NCBI GenBank assembly: GCA_965644265.1
Contig: OZ286463.1
Location: 96,472,001-96,536,000, forward strand
DNA from: Glycera tridactyla
Taxonomy: Eukaryota
Direction of reading: 5' to 3'
DNA: 64,000 nucleotides
Within the stretch, counting starts at the first letter, position 1. Every line of letters starts with the position of its first letter. Both the position numbers and the translations under genes were made by a program. The notes under the pieces were generated by a model that searched no databases, was not told where the DNA came from, and saw only the letters and a program-made list of their open reading frames with translations. This document shows positions 51,213 through 61,000 of the stretch, piece by piece.

Positions 51213-51914
51213 TACTTTGAAAAGCCTGATCTTGCTCATAAGACTAAAGTGGTAGGATATGACGTAATGTCCGATCAGTTCGCCACTTGAATAGCGCGAA
51301 GGACAAGTTCAGCCACATGGTGGACTTTCTTTCGGGGTGAGGGCCTTACTAGTCATCTGGTAATCATAGTGCATCTCGGAGTAACGAATTTTATTCGATA
51401 GTTAATGCAGGTAACTCCAAGCAATAATTCGGCCCGGGGGGGGGGGGGCGCTCAGATGACTGATCCATGCTATGTGACCATGTGAATGATATCCATGTTC
51501 ACAGGGTAACACTGTGGTCAGCCTTCCTTATACCAGAAATGAGTGTCGGTTGTGAAGTTGATACATTTTCACATTCCGTTGGGCACCCAGAACTTGAATT
51601 ATCTCAGCCATGTATATTCTATGGACTTCTCAATATAGCGCAAATCGTGCTAATACAATCAACCAATCAACTCCAAGCAAGCAGTAGGTCTAATTTATGT
51701 GTTGGGGATACCCAAGTCAAATTGCTTCGACATCCATTCCGACAACGAGAAGCGCCCACGCAGCGATGCACCTACTGCCCAACATAGATACAAATGGGAA
51801 CAACCCTTGTACCAAAGCAGTCTAGAAGCTGACTGCTTCCCAGTGTCAGGCCTTGGGCTTTCAAACTCAAGGCAGTGCCCCCCCCCCATCTCGATCCACC
51901 GATACCAGCTAATC

Positions 51915-52075
51915 ATTTTGAGCTCAAGGTTATGATTTGTGCATCGAAGAACTTAGCTATTGCCCAGGATAAATCACACATTCTGGAGAAGCTTTTTGAC
52001 AAGGAGGTGAGGTTAAGCAGATTCTATGGGCCTTTTGACCTGCCACGATTTCAACTCGTGCACATTTATTCGTAA
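51915..52075 (+). pseudogene. Fragment of DIRS/Ngaro-type (tyrosine-recombinase retrotransposon) reverse transcriptase N-terminus
   Basis: SKNLAIAQDKSHILEKLFDKEVRLSRFYGPFDLPRF resembles the recalled DIRS-like pattern SKNLxSA...KLxKEVxLGRIxGPFxxPPF. Confidence 0.5.
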
Positions 52076-52394
52076 TAGATAAGTATTTCACAGAGTTGTT
52101 GATATACATTGTTATTTTTATTGTTGGTCGGTAAAGTTGTATAACTATAGCTAGGATGTATTAGTTTTCTTACATTTATCCTATTGGTGCGACCAGGGTA
52201 AAATAGCATGTCAGAGTAGGGTTGGGCAGCTGGACAAACAATGAAATTTTGCTCGAAGGCTCAATAAAAGAACTTTGGTCGGGCTTGGGCTTGGACCAAC
52301 GCTTCCCGCGACTATGATGAATGTAGCAATAGAGTTACAAAAAACCAATAGATTTTATGAGAGCTTGCTGTTTGTCACTTAGCACAAAATAATT

Positions 52395-52745
52395 CACCTC
52401 TTTTCAGAGGCCCGACGATGAGCATAGATTTACCGATGTAGGGCCATAACTCAAGCTCTAGGCCTACATAAGTCCCGACACCTTCGTGATCACCCTGTTA
52501 TTACGCAAAGAGATGGGGAAGTTCCCCGTCAGGAATACTCTATTCTTCGGCCAAAAGTTATCTTTTCTGGAGAAAATCTGAAAAATACCTGAGAAATAGA
52601 AAAAACACACAAAAAAGTATTTTTATCCTGAATTATTTTCTTTAGTCCAATCACAAAGAACTGACCATGACTTCAGTCTCGAATAATCCTGACTGGATAT
52701 AAAAATCGTTAAACTCTACTCAACTCAATCAATCAATCAATCAAT
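52395..52745 (+). mobile_element. SINE with a Nin-domain-like core (related copy at about 60270-60470)
   Basis: AAGAG(A/T)(T/A)GGG(G/A)AAGTTCCCCG segment shared by both copies and resembling the recalled Nin-SINE core; both end in (AATC)n. Confidence 0.4.
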
Positions 52746-53606
52746 GTTATCTGTAAGAAACTCGATCAATCAATCAATCATCCATCAATTCTTTTGAAAC
52801 GCGCCCTCTCGTGGTGGTTGAGGGAACTAGCAAGCGCGACTTGTTGGAAGATCGCACAGCGTCACCTGATATGCGCGGTTCTCGCACCTGCTGGCACGCT
52901 CCAAGCAGACGACTCGTATACATCTTAGACACAGAAGGCCAACCTGGATAGGCCAAAAGAAGATCAACCGAGCGCTACATCACCTTCCAAAGAGTCCAGA
53001 AACTTCCTTGGAGGAGGGGTGCGTATATGTATTCGGCTGTCACAGCGAAGAAGAAGCGCAAAGCATGAAACAACGTGTATTCACTTTGCTTTCATTTTCA
53101 TCGCCAAGTGACGGCCTTGGCTATGTCTTCATTCATGCATTGATATATTGCGAGTATAAGAATTCACTTGTCAGTGCAGTGACGCATCCAGGTCCATGCT
53201 CCCATTTGCGGGTGTCCGAGATTTCCTCATATATCTTATTGAAACTATTTTTGTTCATTATCAGATCTGTTGTACCTTTGACGACTTCCTGTGACAGGTG
53301 TATTTTCATCCGATAACGGGTCTAGTGGGTATTTTCACGCCGTCTACCCTCCCGCCTCGCATCCGTGCTTTCATCCGATAGCGTAAATCACGTGTTGTTT
53401 ACGCTTACTCGATCAGCGAAACAATCGAGGTCAAGGGTCAACCTGGTTGTGTCGCTCGTTCGATCAGTATCGCGTCACGGCAAATGTTAGGAAAGATACC
53501 TGTATAAGAATCGCTGTATCTCAGCAACCAGTGGTCTGATTTTCACAATCTAAACACCAAATTGAAGCTGATTCATTCTTCTATCCATTTATCGGATGAT
53601 AAGTCC

Positions 53607-53755
53607 AGAATGTCCCTCGTTCCGGGTACGGGAAGGCCGTAAAGGCCTCGCAGGCATCCCCGGGAAGGCACTCGTGGCCTGCGGCCACTCGTGCCTTCCC
53701 GGGGCCGCCTACTCGGCCTTTACGGCCTTCCCGTACCCGGCACTCGGGGCATTCT
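53607..53755 (-). repeat. 149-bp gap-free inverted repeat (73-bp arms, 3-nt loop)
   Basis: 63 of 73 arm positions are complementary with no indels; centre at 53681. Confidence 0.95.
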
Positions 53756-53970
53756 TTCATAGTGTACAAATACGTCGCCAATCCCAGCGCTTCGTTGGGA
53801 CAGGTGGCAGGTATCACCAAATTGACGGAGGGGAGAAACAAAAGATCGGTTCAGTCTAGATCTATATGATAGGTCGAACACATTTCACTCATTTAGTTAA
53901 CACTAGAGCCAAGTAATCAGGCTCACGTGTCACTTTCAGCCAGATGCATACAAATAATCATTTTCTTTTT

Positions 53971-54176
53971 GTAGATAGGTAGAGGTGTGTCTGGACTGTC
54001 AGCTACTTCCAATTGACATCATTTTAGGTTCTCCATCATCTTGTGTGCAGGGTTCGTGAGAGTGATGTATACAGGGGAGAGAATATCTTGCTTTCATTGA
54101 CCAGGAACACACGGCGTGGCGGCACACATAATCCTATGGATTGATACATGCCGTGACCTCAAACAACCAGACAAAC
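53971..54176 (+). mobile_element. SINE-like family B copy
   Basis: Collinear with 50091-50280. Confidence 0.7.
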
Positions 54177-54664
54177 AGGAACCGAGTTAGCCCTAATTCT
54201 TTGAGAGATGGATGCATCTCGGTCTCCATAGAGCCTATTAATTAGAGGCGGTCGGTACCGCCGTCGACAAGGCTGCTTTGGCGCACTTTGGGTCACTTTG
54301 CATTGACACCCCTATCCTTGAAGTAGACTCATCCAAGGCTGAGAATGGGAGCAACTAGTGAGGCAATATCGGGGCGGAGTCTGGCAAGTGAGATCAGGGG
54401 TTAAGGACCCAGGGTTTTGATTCAGTTGGCATCTTGAGCTGCCAGACATCATCTTCATCTCTACCTGCACTGGTCAACGTGTAGTTTTACCATGAATGCA
54501 CTACTAGCCATTAAAGTGTAGACGTTTATATAGTTGTCGGATTATACTTTTTGGATACCCTTGGATCCCGGAGTGAGGCCACCCCGACCTCACATATCCG
54601 GACAATCCTGTGAATATGTCATAATCCTATTTCAGATTTCTTCCTTTGCATTTCATCTGTGAAA

Positions 54665-54960
54665 ATGGCTCCGTCGGAAATAATCACAAACTTGCTCACT
54701 GCTGTTGAAGGTATGTGTAATTCATGAACTTTTTATCAAACAGAAACCGATTTATAGCTAGCTGGCGCAAACCCCCAGTCCTTGGCCCCCTATTTCTGCC
54801 TTTTCGCCCAGCAAGCTCTCCTGCTATGGGCCTGTATAACATTTGAAGCACATGAATGAAAATGACACTATCATGTTTTGCATGCCTTGGCGCTCTAAAA
54901 GGAGCTGATGCGACAACTTATCCTGCAGACTTCTGACGAATGAGATGTTGGGAATGTTAT

Positions 54961-54996
<36 letters not shown>

Positions 54997-57900
54997 AATT
55001 ATTTATTCACCTCTGTCATAAAAGGGTTACCTCATACTTGAGGCTTTTCCGGGTGGACGAAATACAAAATACGATAATCACATATGTCAAATCAAATCAG
55101 AATGAATATATGAAAAAGAACACGAAGCAATATATTGGCTAGGCGAGCTGCTGATTGAAGATGAATGATTATTTTGTTATATGACATGAATATGAACGAT
55201 ATGAGATGAAAATCGACGTTGCCCAGGTTCCCATCCTACAACTATACCTACAACTTCTAAGGGTTCAGGTCTGTGGGTTTCGTGGTTATTCCTGAAGAAT
55301 GACGGTAGTTGCGATTGGCTGATTCACTCCTATAATTTTGATATACATGTGATAGTGATTTCTACAGGTCTTGCAAGTCAACTGAGCGACGGTGTAGTTA
55401 CAGCTGAAAGCTTAGATGAACTGGCAAATCAACTGTTACAACAAATCGTGAAATTACCAGCACATACTACCAGTAATGAAGCACTATTAGCCGAGGAAGA
55501 TCAGGTATGTGTCCATACTCAGCAGTCATTCATATCGCAAGGACAAATGGATACACAAGTTAAGCATTCCTCTCGTGAGAGACTGCAGGTCATGACTCAT
55601 CCCCTAAACCAATTAATTTTTTCTCATTCAGTGCAAAGAAAATTCATTTTGTCTTTTCTTGTTCTCCACTCATTTTAGATAGTAGGCCAGATACAGTCAA
55701 ACTTGTCGTAAGCAAGACTTGTACTGAGCAAGAAATTGCCCTAAGCAACGGGATTTTGTTTATCCCGCCAGAATATTTTTCACTATGATTGACCTGTTCT
55801 AACCATGAACTTGCCCTAAGCACACACTTTTTTCACTTCCCGTGGCTTCATGCTTAGGACAAGTTTGACTGTATGTAAGCTTTGGCGATTCTATATTTCT
55901 GATCTGGGGGATATAGCACACATTCCCATCACGTGCAGTGGCCGAGGAATCAATTTCTGTGTCTGATTAGGACCCTGAAAGCGAATGATAATGATAAAAT
56001 CCAATGTCAAAAGTTCATGATTTGATGACTTGTTATCTTACCTCATTAGGTGCGAATGCAGATATGCGCTGTTTCGCTATGGAATGCCACAGTTGCTAAG
56101 AAAGCCGTAGGCTTCCTGTCTACTAAGCACAATGCCATATGTAAGTAGAAGCTTGTCTGTTGTGGATATCATGAATCCAGGATTCAATGTTAGACGGAAC
56201 ATGATGCATCCACAGCACACGAATATAATGGTAGGCGATCTCAAGCAGGGGTGCAAGATTGTGAGAGGTATCTTGGCTCCCAGATACACAATTTTAGTAG
56301 TGGTACACATAGAGAATCACGGTTGGTTTCGAATATACAGTGTGCAGAGTATAGTATGGATCATATAGCATTCCGTTCCTGATGAGTGAGACATTGTCCC
56401 ATCAAACTCAGAAATGTTCCATTGATTCCAGGTCATGTGGGACACTTGTCTCATTCACTTCTCTACTCAGGGATGTCCCTGCTCATATGATTCATTGACA
56501 ACTTGTTCAATCTTTGCGGATTTGTAGAAGTGCCTGCCTTTTATTTTTGCAGTGCGCCATGTGGCGTGTACCCTGGTATTCTTCAGTCAGCCACCAGCGA
56601 ATGCTGATGAAGACACGTGCAACAAGCAGATCACGGTCGGTAAATGATAAGTATAGAAAGCCATCGATGTCATATTAGGATTTCTATACACGTGAGAATT
56701 CCTCCGTGTTAGATTGCTAACGTGTTAGCATTCTCCCGCGTTAGCATTGCTAACGTGTATAGAGTTGCAATATGACATCAATGGTTTTCCATAGATAAGT
56801 GCTCTCATGCCATGATGAAGTCATAGTTCACCACATCCTGGACACGAAGATAAACATCTGTTTTGGCTAAGATATTTAGAATTACCCAATGAATATGAAT
56901 GGTGATCTCGAATCCATTGAGCTATATTTTCTCACATATTTCATTGATGATGATCGACCACTTGCCAGTTGAAAGAATAACTTTTGCAATTTCATTCTCT
57001 TTGGAATTTGTCAATGATTTAAGGTGCCAAGTCTTCAAGAATGTCAGGTTTCCATGTATACCTGTCTGTCACAGCAAAAGCAACGATGATACGGTAGGTG
57101 CGATAGCTAAGGTAATCACTGCTCATTGTTGATTCTTACAATAAGATATTTACTCCTCATTTTACAGATGGCATTTAAAACAGCACAAGCGTGGATAGGT
57201 AAGTTGTAGGAGCACCCTCAAGCTCATTATCATACCTTTATTCTGCTTCTACGATGATGTGTGAAAAGAATTCATCCCTTAGTAACGCCTGACCTCATAT
57301 ACATTTCATATGTATCAGGATATACCCACAATCGACTTTTGCCGATACACCATAACAATTATGTAGACATTGAAACCCCTAGCTCATGTCAGCAATGACC
57401 CCTTGAGTATGTGTGTGTACGTGCAGTGTGATTTTGTTTCACAAACCATTTTGTTGAGGTATATGTTTGGTCTAATGATTCAGAATCCAACTGACTCTTT
57501 TGTCCCCTCAAATTTCAGACTGTGATAATCCGACAATGGCCGAATCAGCGTTATCGCAAGCCTCTGAGGTAAAACAATTGATCATTCATATTGCTGCCAT
57601 TTTTGCCATTGACGAAAGTAGGACACTACTGTTGAAAATCCAATATGATATGTCAGGAGATCACAAAATTGTGCTTCATACCTATCGTAATGGTGGCTTG
57701 ATGTTGACAGAGTATAATTGAGCGTTTGTTATATATTCTCCCACGCTTGTTTCGAATACTCGTCTTCGTGTAAAGACATCTTTTGTATGTAAGAGTCAAC
57801 TTTCAACCAGTTACATAATCAGATATACCACCCATCGGCTCTTTCGTATTTTGTTATGTAGGTGGTGGTATGTCTGAACTGGCAGCAAGTCTCATTCGAC

Positions 57901-58025
57901 AATCTGACTACTTCCCCATTATCTTGTGTTCAAAGTCATTCGAATTCATCCTTGAATTGGACAATACTGCATTTACCCCCAACCCTGACATGATATTTTC
58001 TGTTGGGTCGATTGATGCCATCGGA

Positions 58026-58066
<41 letters not shown>

Positions 58067-61000
58067 CGATGTGCACCCATATCAACCATGGTGCATAATT
58101 CACAATCGGTAGTGTCCCCCACATCGCTGAAATGACATGGTATTCACGATACGTGAGTGTGATAGTCCGTCATCTGTAAGATCGAAAATACCCATTCCCG
58201 AAAACCTAGATTGTCATTACCATAGATCGACGATCGGATGATTGATTGCCATAATCTCGCATCATGGTTCCTGTGATTTTCATAAACTTTCTCCTCCCGT
58301 TGGCGACCTGGAAGAAGACTTGGATTACCCTACCCATGCCCATTGCATGGGCATCTCAACATAGTCCAGATGGTTCTCACGGGACATAAAACAACCAACC
58401 GACCAATCAACATCTCACTGAAGTGGTAGGACGTTGTGTTCTTTCCCATTCTTTCAGTGTCTGGATAAACTCAATTCATCACAGAGCGTTGGATGTGCAG
58501 ATTCCCCCATTTCATCTGGCGAGCAGGACAGAAAACACAGTATACAGGTCGACCAGTTCAAGTTATTCACTTTCCAGGCACAGGCGGTAAGTCCGAATCA
58601 GTCATTCGCTTATTGGCCGCGGCACTCCGTCTTGGTTTTACTACCACTAATAAAGTAGGATATTGAAACAAAATTATTTTAAAGAATGGAGATAGTTGCA
58701 AGATTATATCGGTATGAACTGATGAAGATGGATTGATGCCCCATATGGTTCTCCTGTTCACCGGACACCAGTTTTAGCAAGCTCTTTATGTGTGTGCCCC
58801 GCGTGTAATGTTTTTGTACTCTCTCCACATACACATATGTCGCCCTGTCGAATATTTCTCTCTCCGATGCGCCCCTCTGCTGTCTGGGTCCATGCTGTAC
58901 GTTATGTGCAGAGCTAGCAACTTTGCGTGGTGAAGTGTAGAAACCTGACGAGTGACGACCTCAAATTATAACAAATTTGGCTCTAATGACAGCTGGCCTC
59001 TGATGGAAGGTGTATCTTACTGACTGAGATATATTCCGAAAGCAGATAGTCCTTTGTGTCGTCTCTATCGTAGAAAACTTGTATGTAGTGGTCGATTAAG
59101 TGCTCCATGAAGTTAGCAGACAGTAACATCGATTTGGGTACTGCTTCGTGCAATATATAGGCAGGCATCAACGCTATTTCCATGCAACATGAAGAGAAAG
59201 TTTGATAAACGAAGTAATAAATGACTCTGATACTTTGAATAATCACTTATTTCAAACTTGCATTCAGGACATTTGATCTGATTCTCCTTCATCGTGTTTC
59301 AGGCCCATAGTCAAGGTCACAACGAGAAAGCACGAGAGTCCATTGGAAGAGCTAAGGATCTATTACCATGTCTTCCCGACGAGGTGAATCCTTTATGCAC
59401 ATTTTTGGTGAGGTGAAAACACTGTGAGGAGGAATTAGGTACCACCACCAGTCATGGTCGATGGAAGATTATACATTTGTGAAGTATTGGAACGATGTGA
59501 GAGATAGAAAGGATATCTCGGTGAACTTTTATATTGTTCAAGTAAGGACTTTTAAAACCTTGTTCCATCATGAAGGGCCGAGTTTCATAACATTAAATAT
59601 CAGTGACTTTGAACGATTTTTTGCCGATTTAGTGTAATCTGCTTTAAGATTTTAGCCCACATACGTTATGTTAGAATAACATTATTATGAAAATTAAGAC
59701 AACGGAAAAATAGTCCGATAACACATAATCTAAGCATGAGATATTTCAGTTTGCTTTGCTTCTCTTTTCAGCGCTCCTATTTGGCGAAACTTTGCTATAA
59801 CTTTGGTCTGGACTGCTTTCAAAACAAGCTCATCTGTGAGAGTATTGGGTATCTGAAAGAAAGCTATGAGCTCGGTCAGGGTATGGAGGATGTTGGACCA
59901 GTAACTCAGGTCTGTACTGGATATACTGATTGAGGAAACCGTGGGTCCACTTTTGGGTCTCTGTATGAGAAGCACGTCCGATGATCACGGGAAGCCAAAT
60001 GTCACCGACTATCGATGTATTTTCTTGTACTCTTTAAGCTTGGTGTTTGCTCACATGCGTGCTTGTTCAAAGAAACTTGAACTGGAATCAAATAACATAC
60101 ACTCTACTGTTGAGGGCACACAACTTCGGGAGATCTTATCACCCCTGTCTAGTGGAGACTGTAAAGGTCAGTATTAGTCTGACGCTACTTCAAAAACAAA
60201 CCAATCTAGTCAATGCAACTATTAGTCATTATATCGCATGTAACACAGGATGTTAGCGGTATAGTACGTTCTGTCATAGAGTAGGGAAAAGTTCCCCGAC
60301 AGCCAATAGTATTTTTCACAAGAGAAAAGAAGAAAAACTGTGGTCATGCAATCCAATATATTTTTACAGTAATATCTCGACAATACGTATGAAGAATCAC
60401 TCCTATCTTAGTCTCATATAATCCTGCCATGGTTGAAGAGAGGTCATGTATTGATCAATCAATCACTCCATTTTATCTCCGAATATCTCATTTGAGCATC
60501 CATAGGTAATAATAAACACTTCTTTATTCACGCGATATAGTTATGATTTATTCGGTCAATAATAATGATATCCATTACCACTGATGCCTTCGTCATTGCT
60601 AACACCAACGGCACTACCAACATAACCCTGTTCATCTGTGTTCAGATTGATGGCTTCAATTTCAGTCTCGTACGCTGAGACTTCTGGGGACTGCTTACCT
60701 GGAATCCAGTGATGGCGAACACTTCAAGGATGCAATGGAAGCAGTCGACCTCGCACATAAAGTAAGCATATATACCTGTATTCCAGCTGATTCCACTCTC
60801 AATGCATCCTCCACAATATACATTTCTTCCTGCTAAACATGGCATAAGGGTATTCATGAACACGTTATGTATATCATATATTCCAGCGACATTGTGTAGC
60901 TTTATTGTATGCAGGACACCTGATAAATCGAACTCTATTGTCATGGAATATACGTAAAGATAAAATGGCTTCAGACATAGCTTATGTATAAATAAAGGAG

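Noticed and set aside
52774-53260. Minus-strand gene start divergent from TEX11 (MYTSRLLGACQQ or MNKNSFNKIYEE), with exon-like pieces near 40930-41010 and 43290-43410
   Set aside because: No homology recognised and no consistent exon chain; cannot be supported without RNA data.
53581-53859. Near-identical ORFs on both strands
   Set aside because: Artefact of the GC-rich inverted repeat.
56370-56440. CTGATGA...GAAA hammerhead-like motif in a TEX11 intron
   Set aside because: The stem II closing pair is G-A and stem I has only two pairs.
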